This document shows, one piece after another, positions 52,066 through 61,752 of a stretch of 64,000 bases of DNA. Both the position numbers and the translations under genes were made by a program. The DNA is from Candidatus Heimdallarchaeota archaeon (GTDB lineage Archaea; Asgardarchaeota; Heimdallarchaeia; Hodarchaeales; Hodarchaeaceae): NCBI GenBank assembly GCA_019057635.1, contig DXJL01000156.1:1-64000 (forward strand), given 5' to 3'. The notes under the pieces are model-generated. The model made no database searches. It had not been told where the DNA came from and saw only the letters and a list, made by a program, of their open reading frames with translations. How positions within the stretch are numbered: position 1 is the first letter of the stretch; the number at the start of each line of letters is the position of its first letter.

Positions 52066-53436
52066 CTACTGTCCAAGATACAGGCTACGTCCACGCGAGG
52101 GGAGTATCAACGGAATGTCAACAATATCTTTATACTTTTCTGGATGTTCACTATGAATAGGGATTAAGATTTCTGGGGCAATTTCTTCAACGATATGCTT
52201 TAAATCCTTGCGAGGGGCATGCCCTGAAGCATGAAATTGATGGAAATCAAGCTTAAAAGCTTCAACCCATTCCATCATTCGTTTATAGTCAATTAATCCC
52301 TCTTCAGAGAAAGGATCTCCATGTGAATAGAAATAAGTAGCTGATTTTGGTTTAATATCAATTAAATCCGTTAGGTTCCAAAAATCACAATGGAAAATAT
52401 ATTCTTCTTGAGCAAAATTAGGATTATCAATAATTGTGATGGAAGGATCGTTAATAATTTCCTGTTCCCAGCGATAGTATCGTCCTTTTGGTCGTTGATA
52501 AACCTCGATATTAGGGTCTTCAAAGGATGGGATATCCAAATGTACATCTTTTTGCAATAATTTCAGCAAGTGTGCCTGTTTCAAATTAATCATGAGTTTT
52601 CGTGAGTTTTTTGTGGCAGCAAAATAGAAACTTCTAAACCTGTCTATGTCTCTTAAAGTGTAATTTGCAATTGCCAAACCTTCGGTCATTTGAATAGTTT
52701 CTGATACATCTTGTTGTACCTGTGGCTCATTTAATTCAAAATCCTCATCAACATTGGTACCTTCCATTAATAAGATCTTTACCCCTTTCTTCTTAGCGAT
52801 ATTAATGAAGTCAGTTGTAAGATCTTTTCGCCATCCATGTAATCTCACATCACCTGAATAACCTATCACTAAATCTTCTTTACGATCTTCAATTATAAAA
52901 CCATAAGCTCCTGGGATAGAATGATCTACATGTACTGGGGTAATGGTTAATCCCGAAATCTGGATTGTATCTCCAGTACGAAATGTTCGCACATTAGATG
53001 AAGTATTATCAGACGGGGGTCGAATAAACGGTCTTCCAAATCTAGGTCGTGAGGTTTCCTGTACAGAGGTTAGTATAGTTTTTGCAGTTTCCCCCATATA
53101 GACAGGAATATCTTCTGATAGGAGATGAATGTTGCCGTAGTGATCCATATGAGCATGTGATAAGAAACAACCATGAATGTTCTTAATATCTCCCGGAAAA
53201 CTTACATTGAAGTCATCGGAGTATAATCCATTCATTTTAGGCAAAATATTAAATTCCAGGAAATCGGTTAACCCTTGGCTTGTACGTGGTTGTAAATATC
53301 CTGCGTAATAAATCCCTTCATTTTTAAAAGAACGACCAAAATCTAAAAGGATACTGGCATTTTCTTCCTCAAGAAGGAAACAATTACCCCCAATTTCATC
53401 AATACCACCATACGGTGTTAGTTTCATATTATTCAT
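52066..53436 (-). CDS. Beta-CASP metallo-beta-lactamase nuclease (RNase J-like)
   Basis: GG..EIGGN, SHAHMDH, DHS, SGD.R, HASGH, PIH. Confidence 0.88.
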   Translation of the reverse strand: MNNMKLTPYGGIDEIGGNCFLLEEENASILLDFGRSFKNEGIYYAGYLQPRTSQGLTDFLEFNILPKMNGLYSDDFNVSFPGDIKNIHGCFLSHAHMDHYGNIHLLSEDIPVYMGETAKTILTSVQETSRPRFGRPFIRPPSDNTSSNVRTFRTGDTIQISGLTITPVHVDHSIPGAYGFIIEDRKEDLVIGYSGDVRLHGWRKDLTTDFINIAKKKGVKILLMEGTNVDEDFELNEPQVQQDVSETIQMTEGLAIANYTLRDIDRFRSFYFAATKNSRKLMINLKQAHLLKLLQKDVHLDIPSFEDPNIEVYQRPKGRYYRWEQEIINDPSITIIDNPNFAQEEYIFHCDFWNLTDLIDIKPKSATYFYSHGDPFSEEGLIDYKRMMEWVEAFKLDFHQFHASGHAPRKDLKHIVEEIAPEILIPIHSEHPEKYKDIVDIPLILPSRGRSLYLGQ

Positions 53437-53460
53437 TCCTAGTTTTTCTTGTTGCTTTTC

Positions 53461-54276
53461 TTACTTCCGTTTCTTCAATATTAAAGCATAATGGTGATGG
53501 ATATTGGAAACAAAACTATATGGATAGCCATACGGTCTCAAATTTTTCTGATTTTGTAACCAAATTCGTTCTCCCAAAAAGGAATACCATTTTGTTAGAC
53601 GTAGGGGGAGTTCGAAGGCGAGAGGTATCATTTCTCCCTTATCCCTGACATTTTGGATAAATACAATTAGATGGGCTTGGGGAAGTAATAGTTCATGAAT
53701 TTTAGTGAATATATCTACCAATTCATTTAGGAACTCTTCTTTTTCTTCTATCATTCCTAAATCAAGAGGATTTTGCCCATATTGGAGGTCGAGACCTTTT
53801 TCTAAGCGTTCTTGTTGATTATAATCTTTTTTTTTCTTTAATATTCGCCAATATGGAGGAGAGGTGATGCAAAGAGAAAAAGATTGTTTTTCTAAAGTGG
53901 GTAGAAGTATTCGGACATCACCTTCAAGAACAGGGAACTTTGTTCTAGATTTTGCAGTTTTAAAATACTTAGGATAAAGTTCTATACCGATACCCTTTCT
54001 TGCTGTGTTTTCACAGGCAACTAAAGTCGACCCTGTCCCCAAAAATGGATCTAGTACTATTTCACCAGGTTTCGTGAAAAATTCGATGAATTCTTCTATC
54101 ATAGAGGGAGGAAATGACGCAGGATGTAAATCAATCTCATGTGAAATGTCACTTGGTCTACCATCGGCTATAAACCAAGATTTTGTAAAACGAATCCACT
54201 CTTTCCCCGAGAGTGCGTTTAGCTTATTCCGAGGATCAATCTTTCCTGAATCTTTCATCACTATCCACTCTCTCAA
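53461..54276 (-). CDS. Alpha-class amino DNA methyltransferase (probably N4-cytosine)
   Basis: HPASFP; LDPFLGTGST precedes TSPPY. Confidence 0.88.
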   Translation of the reverse strand: MREWIVMKDSGKIDPRNKLNALSGKEWIRFTKSWFIADGRPSDISHEIDLHPASFPPSMIEEFIEFFTKPGEIVLDPFLGTGSTLVACENTARKGIGIELYPKYFKTAKSRTKFPVLEGDVRILLPTLEKQSFSLCITSPPYWRILKKKKDYNQQERLEKGLDLQYGQNPLDLGMIEEKEEFLNELVDIFTKIHELLLPQAHLIVFIQNVRDKGEMIPLAFELPLRLTKWYSFLGERIWLQNQKNLRPYGYPYSFVSNIHHHYALILKKRK

Positions 54277-54309
54277 TCCATTTTTCTAAGTTAAAAATAT
54301 ATAATAAAA

Positions 54310-54445
54310 AGGTACGGTGAGGAATCATGACTAAAATTGTCAGACAACTCTTGAAAACGAGTTCTGGACAGGATGAGTCACACATCCGCTATCCGGCAGG
54401 TTAGTAACACTAGAATGGATACTATCCGTTGGGACTACTTGGGAG
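54310..54445 (-). ncRNA. Putative omegaRNA overlapping the tnpB 3' end
   Basis: Canonical position for an omegaRNA. The sequence is conserved in the copy at 282-397 up to CATG and diverges immediately after, at the predicted scaffold/guide boundary. Boundaries are approximate. Confidence 0.65.
54330..54349. repeat. Right-end terminal inverted repeat
   Basis: ACTAAAATTGTCAGACAACT versus revcomp of 55723-55742, ATCAAATTTGTCAGAACACT. Confidence 0.7.
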
Positions 54446-55611
54446 TCTGTAGGATAACGTTGAAGAATATTCCGAGCCGCGTTATAATCGGCATTCAGAT
54501 GAACCCCGCACCTCTGACAACAAAAGGAACCTCGCGATGTTCGATTCCGCTTATCTACATGGCCACACTTACTACATTGTTGGGAGGTATACGCTTCGTC
54601 TACCCGTACTACGGTCATTCCAACAAGTTTAGCCTTGTATTCAAGCATTTGAACCAATTGGGAGAAGGGAAGTTGAATAAACGACTGATTTATCCGTTTT
54701 CCTAAGTTGCAGTGCTGTTTCCATCCCGCATTATAACCAATGACTAAGGTCTTTATCTTCTGCTCTAAACAGTAGTTGATTATTCGACGGGAGATTTGAT
54801 GGAAGATATCGTGGAGCTTATTAATCCGTCTACGATGTAGGCGTTGTATACGACGAGTAGTATACTGATGATTACAGATGGTGGCTAAGGATCGATAATG
54901 CGCAAGTTGCTTGTTATACCACTGATTAATGGTCTTAACTACCCCGCCTTTGACGAGTAAGCCGTCTGACGTAGTTACGAGATTGGTAAGACCGAGATCT
55001 ATTCCCATAGTTCGGGATGGAAAATCAGAGGAAGGAAATGGTTGCGCTTGTACTTCATAGAGTAATTCTACCACAAAGCGATCATAAAATGGCACTAACC
55101 GCGCCCCAACACATGCTTCCGCTGTCAATGGAAGAGAATCCAGGGGAAAGGTCGGAAACCCTCGTGCCATGAGATTTCGAGTAAATAGAATTTGGCTATT
55201 ACGGATTCGAACTCTGCGCCGGGGAAAGCTCAGCATATACATTCCGTTCTTGGGTTTATATCTAGGGGTTCGGGGGCGGGTTCGAAACCGGCCAGGATCC
55301 TTTTTCCAAACTTTCAGCGCGTTAAAAAAGCTGCGCCAAGTTTGTTCTACCTGTCGTAGGACCTGTTGGGGTAAATAGCTATCAGACATGTCTTTTAATG
55401 CTAGATACACTGGTTCGTGCTTGAGGCGATGATATAGGTTGGTATATTGGATCCATTTCCCTGTACTGAAAAATTCTTGTCGTACCTCATATGTCGCTCG
55501 ATTATAGAGATTTTTGGCACAGGTGCACAAATCGGTGAAAATTGGCCTAGGTTTCATTTGCATTCGGATAGCTAATTGGGGTTGAGGGTTTTTCTTGATA
55601 CGCATTCCCAT
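54340..55611 (-). CDS. tnpB: RNA-guided endonuclease TnpB with rearranged RuvC-II
   Basis: AKNLYN, QQVLR, RuvC-I GIDLG, LVIGYN, VDEAYTS, CSKCG..CQRCG, RuvC-III NADYNAARNI. Confidence 0.95.
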   Translation of the reverse strand: MGMRIKKNPQPQLAIRMQMKPRPIFTDLCTCAKNLYNRATYEVRQEFFSTGKWIQYTNLYHRLKHEPVYLALKDMSDSYLPQQVLRQVEQTWRSFFNALKVWKKDPGRFRTRPRTPRYKPKNGMYMLSFPRRRVRIRNSQILFTRNLMARGFPTFPLDSLPLTAEACVGARLVPFYDRFVVELLYEVQAQPFPSSDFPSRTMGIDLGLTNLVTTSDGLLVKGGVVKTINQWYNKQLAHYRSLATICNHQYTTRRIQRLHRRRINKLHDIFHQISRRIINYCLEQKIKTLVIGYNAGWKQHCNLGKRINQSFIQLPFSQLVQMLEYKAKLVGMTVVRVDEAYTSQQCSKCGHVDKRNRTSRGSFCCQRCGVHLNADYNAARNILQRYPTDSQVVPTDSIHSSVTNLPDSGCVTHPVQNSFSRVV

Positions 55612-55722
55612 TCCTTTTTGGAATTTTCACTCTTATAAACTTGAGACAAAGAGAGAGCGGTGAAATTGATGAATGTGATGAAATTGAACCCTTTTTCTTC
55701 CCGACCAGTACTGATAAAAACT

Positions 55723-55742
55723 AGTGTTCTGACAAATTTGAT
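55723..55742. repeat. Left-end terminal inverted repeat
   Basis: AGTGTTCTGACAAATTTGAT, immediately followed by CATG. Confidence 0.7.
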
Positions 55743-55743
55743 C

Positions 55744-56391
55744 ATGCCTAAGATTCAGTGTATCATATTCGATGTGGATGGGACATTACTTGACAATACA
55801 AATTTTATAGTATCCCTATTTCAGGATACTGTAATAAAATATCTTGGACCAGCAAAAAGTATGTCTAGGAATGAAGTTTTGTCATTATGGGGTCCACCTG
55901 GAGATGAAATCTTTAGAAAAGTATTTCCACCCGAGGTAGTTGACGAAGCTTGGTCAGAATTTCTCATTAAGTATCGTAACACTCATACAAAAACGGGTTT
56001 TTTTTCTCGTGTGGAATTGAATGACTTTCGGAAATATGTTCAATATCTAGTAATTTTTACTGGTAAATCGCGTTATACTAATACCATCTCTTTGGAAGAA
56101 TTGGATATTACTGATTGTTTCGACCTTATCTATACTGGAAGTGATGTGGAAAATTCAAAACCCCATCCTGATGCACTGTTCCTTATATTAGAAGATTTAG
56201 ATCTGAATCCGGATAAAGTAATCTTTATTGGGGATAGCCATCTTGATATCATTGCAGGAAAGGCTGCAGGTATTCCAACCGCTGGGGCCGAATGGGGAGC
56301 AGTTGAGTTGGAAAAGCTCCTCCAAAGCAAGCCTGATCATGTTTTTAAGACCCCAAATGACTTTATCAAGTTCATAGAAAGCGCTTCATGA
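55744..56391 (+). CDS. HAD-superfamily phosphatase (PpaX/Gph-like)
   Basis: FDVDGTL, TGK, KPHPD, IGDSHLD. The true start is ATG 55744, inside the CATG repeat. Confidence 0.9.
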   Translation: MPKIQCIIFDVDGTLLDNTNFIVSLFQDTVIKYLGPAKSMSRNEVLSLWGPPGDEIFRKVFPPEVVDEAWSEFLIKYRNTHTKTGFFSRVELNDFRKYVQYLVIFTGKSRYTNTISLEELDITDCFDLIYTGSDVENSKPHPDALFLILEDLDLNPDKVIFIGDSHLDIIAGKAAGIPTAGAEWGAVELEKLLQSKPDHVFKTPNDFIKFIESAS

Positions 56392-56406
56392 TTTGGTCTT
56401 GATTTT

Positions 56407-58551
56407 ATGACTAAAAAAATGATTGAAACCACTTTTCCAATCATTGAAATAAGTCAACTCGCCATACCTGAACGCAGCAGCTATAAACCTATTTATCAGA
56501 TTTCTAAATGGTTTGCCCGACGATCTTCGGCTATTTTTAGGGCCATTCTCCTTAGCTGTACTCTTAATTCATCAGAGAATTTCATGGACGAATTTTATAA
56601 TGCTAAGGATAGTTTCAAAGATATAACTATTCTTGATCCATTTATGGGAGGAGGAACAACAATTATAGAAGCTTTAAGGCTTGGTATGCAATGTATCGGA
56701 GTTGATATTAATCCAGTTGCATGGTTTATCACTAAAACTGAGAGTGCTATGGTCGATATAGAAGAACTTCAAGGTTTAATCACAAAATGTGAAGAAAACC
56801 TTGAAAATGATGTGAAAAAATGGTATAAAACCTCCTGTCCAGTATGTGAGAATCCCGCTGATATAATTTACACTCATTGGGTCAAATGCTTACCCTGTCC
56901 GACATGTAATTCACTCATCCCTATGTTTCGTAATTTTCTTGTCGGTTATTTGGCTAATGAGGCAATCCTTCTCTGTCCCTCATGTTATGCAGTATTTCCT
57001 TCAAATAAACCGATCACATCAGATAATAGATGTCCTGAATGTACTCAAAAATTCAAACCGAGTGCGGGTTTTAGAAAGGGTAGAAAATTGCTCGAATGTC
57101 CAGATTGTGGAAATTCTGTCAATATCTTAAACTCTATTCGTTCGATTAAGACTCCTCTCGCTTGCAAACCGTTTGCCATTGAAGGATATTGTTGTCACTG
57201 TGCAAATGAGAAAGATCCTGATTCAGACCTTGCAAAATCTAGATATAAATTTATCAAAAGAGTTTCACAAACAGACAGAGATCTTTATAAAAAGGCTGAA
57301 GATCACTGGAAGAATTATTCAGGCATCTTTCTTTGGCCAAAAGAAGATATCCCGATTGGCATGACAACAAAGGTTTTATTAAATCATAACTATACTAAAT
57401 GGGCTGACCTATTTACATACCGTCAATTATTAACTTTGAGTTTAATTTTAAACTTCATTAAAGACATTGAAGAAGAACATCTCCAAGAGATGTTTTTAGC
57501 GGCATTTCTAAACCTCTTAAATCACAACAATTCGTTTACAAGGTATTCTCCTAAAGGGCAAAAAGTCGAGGGGATATTTTCTCGCCATGATTTTCACCCT
57601 TTGTCTACATTTGCAGAAAATAATGTGTGGGGGACGAGATATGGACGTGGAACTTGGATCAAATGCCTCAAAAGATTACTAGAAGGGAAGAAGTACAACC
57701 TTGAACCCTATAATTTTACGTCTATAAATTCCAAAGAAAAGATCTCTAAGCGTCGAAGAATCGTATCTGGTAAAATTGATGGAAAAGTATACAATGGAGA
57801 AATTGAGCATTTTCCTGATGAAAAAAGTAATTTACTTCTTCTCTGTCAAGACTCTGAAAAACTTCCCTTGTTTACAAATGGCGTTGACCTTTTGATCTCT
57901 GATCCCCCGTATGCTGATAATGTAAATTATTCAGAACTATCTGATTTCTTATATGTTTGGATTCGATTAATATTACAGGAAAAATATCCCTTCTTTATTC
58001 CAGTTGAGACTCCAAAATTGGGAGAGGCAATTGAAACAAAAAATAGAGGTACTGATTACTATTCCAAACTCTTTAATATTTTTAGAAGCTGTAAGAAACA
58101 GCTCATCCCAGGTGGGTTGTTTGTATTTACATTTCATCATGGTAATCCTGATACTTGGTTTAAACTTGCTGAAGTAATTGAATCGTCTGGTTTTAGCGTG
58201 GTTAAAACGCATGTTTTGCAGAGTGAAGCCTTGAATGTTCTGAATATCCAAAATAAGAAAGCCGTGTCTTATGATTTAATTCTTGTCTGCCAGCAGAATC
58301 AACAAAAAAGGAAAAAACCCCATAATTTATCAGAATTTGTAGAACGGTTAAGCAAGAATTATGATAAGAAATTTACCTATTATACTGAGATAGGTCTCAC
58401 AATACATACAAATAATGTGATAGTTGTATTCTTTGGTGAATATTTGGAGCTTATTTCAAAGGTACAACCAGTAAACTGGTCAGACTCAATTGCTAAATCT
58501 GATCTAAGAAAAAGTTGTAAAGACCTTTACTCGAGTAAAATTATTGCCTGA
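56407..58551 (+). CDS. DUF1156/COG1743-type adenine DNA methyltransferase with multiple Zn ribbons
   Basis: KWFARR, DPFMGGGT, six CxxC pairs, SDPPYADNVNYSELSDF. Confidence 0.88.
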   Translation: MTKKMIETTFPIIEISQLAIPERSSYKPIYQISKWFARRSSAIFRAILLSCTLNSSENFMDEFYNAKDSFKDITILDPFMGGGTTIIEALRLGMQCIGVDINPVAWFITKTESAMVDIEELQGLITKCEENLENDVKKWYKTSCPVCENPADIIYTHWVKCLPCPTCNSLIPMFRNFLVGYLANEAILLCPSCYAVFPSNKPITSDNRCPECTQKFKPSAGFRKGRKLLECPDCGNSVNILNSIRSIKTPLACKPFAIEGYCCHCANEKDPDSDLAKSRYKFIKRVSQTDRDLYKKAEDHWKNYSGIFLWPKEDIPIGMTTKVLLNHNYTKWADLFTYRQLLTLSLILNFIKDIEEEHLQEMFLAAFLNLLNHNNSFTRYSPKGQKVEGIFSRHDFHPLSTFAENNVWGTRYGRGTWIKCLKRLLEGKKYNLEPYNFTSINSKEKISKRRRIVSGKIDGKVYNGEIEHFPDEKSNLLLLCQDSEKLPLFTNGVDLLISDPPYADNVNYSELSDFLYVWIRLILQEKYPFFIPVETPKLGEAIETKNRGTDYYSKLFNIFRSCKKQLIPGGLFVFTFHHGNPDTWFKLAEVIESSGFSVVKTHVLQSEALNVLNIQNKKAVSYDLILVCQQNQQKRKKPHNLSEFVERLSKNYDKKFTYYTEIGLTIHTNNVIVVFFGEYLELISKVQPVNWSDSIAKSDLRKSCKDLYSSKIIA

Positions 58552-58557
58552 TATTGA

Positions 58558-59340
58558 GTGTATAGCATGAGCGACGAATCCAAATACAAACTAGTAATAG
58601 GAGATGTTAACCATGCTCTACCTAATATGGCAAAAAAACGTTTGTTTGATTTAATCATTGCTGACCCTCCATTTGGAATTTCCTTCAGCAAATCTTCTCA
58701 TGAATATGGAGCAGACGAATATCACCTATATAATGACGATTATACTACTGATAATTATTACGAATTTTCAAAAAAATGGATTTTAAATTGTTATAATGCG
58801 CTTAGTCCAACTGGAAGTCTTTATATTATATCTGGATGGACTAATCTTCAATACATTTTAAATGCACTTGAAACCACAGATTTTCATATGCTAAATCATG
58901 CGATTTGGCATTTTTCATGGGGGGTCTACACGAAACGTCGCTTTGTTACAAGTCATTACCATATTTTATTGCTTGTAAAAAATCGTAAGAAATATCAGTT
59001 CTATAAACAAAAGCATTATGATGAAGATGTTTTCTTTTGGCAGGAATACAATAGAGGGAATGACCCTCATCGTATTAAGGGACATCCTTGCCAACTTCCC
59101 ATAGTTCTCCTAGAAAAATTAATTCTAACCTCAAGTTCTGTAGGTGATCTAGTAGGAGATGTATTTTCTGGATCTGGAGGGACGATTCTAGCAGCGCGTA
59201 AGACTGAACGGGATGTAATAGGATTCGAACTTAGAGAAGAATATAAACCCATTATCGAAAAGAAAGCGTTGTTTGGGAAATCTCTATACAAATATAATCA
59301 GAAGAATACACTAGATTCTTACTTAGAAACACAAGAATGA
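58558..59340 (+). CDS. Small beta-class N6A/N4C DNA methyltransferase
   Basis: IIADPPF precedes HPCQLP and DVFSGSG; minimal TRD. Confidence 0.9.
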   Translation: MYSMSDESKYKLVIGDVNHALPNMAKKRLFDLIIADPPFGISFSKSSHEYGADEYHLYNDDYTTDNYYEFSKKWILNCYNALSPTGSLYIISGWTNLQYILNALETTDFHMLNHAIWHFSWGVYTKRRFVTSHYHILLLVKNRKKYQFYKQKHYDEDVFFWQEYNRGNDPHRIKGHPCQLPIVLLEKLILTSSSVGDLVGDVFSGSGGTILAARKTERDVIGFELREEYKPIIEKKALFGKSLYKYNQKNTLDSYLETQE

Positions 59341-59357
59341 GAGTATCGTCTCTCAAG

Positions 59358-61103
59358 TTAGTCTGAAACCAACAGTAGTTCTTTATACGAAGAACATTCA
59401 TATAGTTCTAATATTAAATCGTCGATTTCGTCTTTCTGCATAATTCGAGGCTGTGTTGATGGGTGAGAATTCTTGAATTGAGTTTCAATTGTCCCGAGAA
59501 TCTTTTCATTATCCTCTGGAGGTCGAATTGGAAGACGTTTCAGATTTTTGATTGAAATTGCATTTGTATATTTTGATCCAAGGTTGAATTGATTTTCATA
59601 ATACCAATGCATAAGACTAGAATTCAGTATTGCTAAAATGTAGTAAAGATAAATTGGTTTTCTTCGCCATTGTTCCTTTAACCGTATATTGTAAACATTC
59701 TGAGTTGTAAGAGTGTTATTTAAATCAATTGCAGCACAGGGAAATTGCTTTATTTTCTGTAACACAATTTTTGGTGATTTGTAGACATTTCGATTCTTTT
59801 TAGATTTAAATTCTATTGTGTCATTAAAAAAATGAGTAGATTTAATATAATAATGGTTAAAATCATCACCCGTAAGTATTGGTGTAATATGCTCTGACGA
59901 TTTACTGGGATTTATTAGGAATTGGATCAATAATTGACTTTTATCTAGAATCTCATGACATTGAGGACATTCAACTCTAGGTTTTCTACTTGATAATGGT
60001 ACCCACGATGTACAGAAATTACAGTACATTACTCCTCCTTTTTTACTTAGCTCTTCACCCCGCTGTATTGTTACATATTCTTCTAATCCTTTTGCATTTT
60101 TCTTAATTTGATCTAATACTTGGAAAGATGTTTTATCAGTTATGTTCGTAAATATATAATCAGTATTGGTCATGTAGACAGTTTGCAGAATTCTTTCCTC
60201 ATTATCTACAAGAATTTCATTCTTGGATTTGATTTTGTCAGTGAAGAGAGCTACAATTGATATGAATTCCTGTGTTACATGTTCAAATAAATCGTGAAAA
60301 AACAGAGATTTAATCCGATAGTTATGGAGAATGAATTTTCGCAGATTTGCATATTGATTAGACCGTGTTAAGTTTTTTGGGAGATATAATGCCAAGTAAC
60401 CACTATTTGATCTTAGTAAATATGTGCTTTGATATACAAATAGTTCAAACGAGTTCAAATTTCGTCTTGAACCTGATAGTTTAAATTTTTTGAAATAATG
60501 AGCTCTTTCCTCTTTTGTTAATTGACTTCCCCAAGGTGGATTTCCGATAATGAGGTCGAATCCAGGAAAATTCTCAGGTATCTTTTTCCAAGAAGTGAAA
60601 TCACTTTCTAGAAAATTCCCTCTCACTAGATTATTCTTCATCCACTTTGGAATAATTTCTTTGTCTATATCCCAGGAATGCCCTTTTAAAATTTCTTGGC
60701 ATCCAAGCAGAGTTCTAGAATTTATTTCCATGCCATACAGGTTGTTTAATATTTTCCTTCGATAATTTTTTGTCTTATTTATTCCTAATTCGGCAAGTCG
60801 TTGAGTTATAGAATCAGAAACTCCAAGTAATAAATGATAGGACGTTATTATAAATTCTCCTTGTCCTACTGAACCGTCAAGGATCGTAAAGCTTAGTATG
60901 TACGACAATAGTTCTTGTAAGACTTTGGTATTGCCTGAATTGATAATATTTTCAACAGATGAATGTGAAACATTAAACCTACGTCGCATTTGAAATATAA
61001 TTGCTTGTTGAATGGCTCGATTCGTCAATTCAAATGCGAGTGAACTTGGAGTGTTAAATGCACCGAAGGATTTTTTGAATTCACTATTCTTCATTGGATC
61101 CAA
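59358..61103 (-). CDS. Gamma-class (TaqI/Eco57I-like) N6-adenine DNA methyltransferase with a Zn-ribbon insert in the TRD
   Basis: GAFNTP, ILDGSVGQGEF, GNPPW, CNFC...CPQC, ILAILNS. Confidence 0.85.
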   Translation of the reverse strand: MDPMKNSEFKKSFGAFNTPSSLAFELTNRAIQQAIIFQMRRRFNVSHSSVENIINSGNTKVLQELLSYILSFTILDGSVGQGEFIITSYHLLLGVSDSITQRLAELGINKTKNYRRKILNNLYGMEINSRTLLGCQEILKGHSWDIDKEIIPKWMKNNLVRGNFLESDFTSWKKIPENFPGFDLIIGNPPWGSQLTKEERAHYFKKFKLSGSRRNLNSFELFVYQSTYLLRSNSGYLALYLPKNLTRSNQYANLRKFILHNYRIKSLFFHDLFEHVTQEFISIVALFTDKIKSKNEILVDNEERILQTVYMTNTDYIFTNITDKTSFQVLDQIKKNAKGLEEYVTIQRGEELSKKGGVMYCNFCTSWVPLSSRKPRVECPQCHEILDKSQLLIQFLINPSKSSEHITPILTGDDFNHYYIKSTHFFNDTIEFKSKKNRNVYKSPKIVLQKIKQFPCAAIDLNNTLTTQNVYNIRLKEQWRRKPIYLYYILAILNSSLMHWYYENQFNLGSKYTNAISIKNLKRLPIRPPEDNEKILGTIETQFKNSHPSTQPRIMQKDEIDDLILELYECSSYKELLLVSD

Positions 61104-61263
61104 TATTATTCTACCTAAATGTTATATCTTCTTTTGAGAGCTGAATAGTGTTTTACAGGTCACACTGCAGAAGATAGGATTTAAACTCTGCGATCAAAAA
61201 TATTGTATTCCATAATATGAGAAGAGAGAAATTTTTATACTCTCACAATTTATGTGAAGTTAA

Positions 61264-61716
61264 ATGAAAGGTCTAACTCATGTCTTCTTCGGAGTAGGAC
61301 TTGTTAGTGCTGTTTTAGCTTACTTACAGATATCCCTAGGTCTATGGGGAATCGGAACATTTATAATAGCACCAATATTTTCTCGTCTACCCGATTTTGA
61401 TCAAAAAATTGCGAAAATTACTTTTAATCAGGTTATTCCCCATCGAGGTATTCTTTCACACAATTTACTATATGGAGTTCCAATATTTTTGTGTTTCTAT
61501 GTATCTGATTCCCCAATATTCCTGGTAGCTATTATCTCGGTATTTGGAGCTCTTTTTATTCACGTTTTCGTTGATGCATTTAATTCAGGAGGTGTTTGGA
61601 TGGGACTCTTTCATCTATCATTTGCCAATTTTGGATGGGACTCGTTTTTAGGGAATTTAATTTTTAAGCTCGTAGGGATAGGATTACTAGGAATATCAAT
61701 TTTCGTCTATTTATAA
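61264..61716 (+). CDS. YdjM-like membrane metal-dependent hydrolase
   Basis: TH, LPDFD, HRG..SH, H.F.D. Confidence 0.82.
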   Translation: MKGLTHVFFGVGLVSAVLAYLQISLGLWGIGTFIIAPIFSRLPDFDQKIAKITFNQVIPHRGILSHNLLYGVPIFLCFYVSDSPIFLVAIISVFGALFIHVFVDAFNSGGVWMGLFHLSFANFGWDSFLGNLIFKLVGIGLLGISIFVYL

Positions 61717-61752
61717 TCTAAATAGAATTCACTGTCTGGAAAGCGATTCAAA

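Larger units (their letters stand above)
54330..55742 (-). mobile_element. Transposase-less TnpB element with imperfect terminal inverted repeats and flanking CATG direct repeats
   Basis: CATG at 54326-54329 and 55743-55746. The ends form a 15/20 inverted repeat. Excision rejoins RBS GGTGAGG (54316-54322) to the HAD gene ATG. Visibly more GC-rich than the flanks. Confidence 0.85.

Noticed and set aside
55660-55743. N-terminal extension of the HAD ORF
   Set aside because: It lies inside the mobile element end. The HAD motif I position fits a start at 55744.
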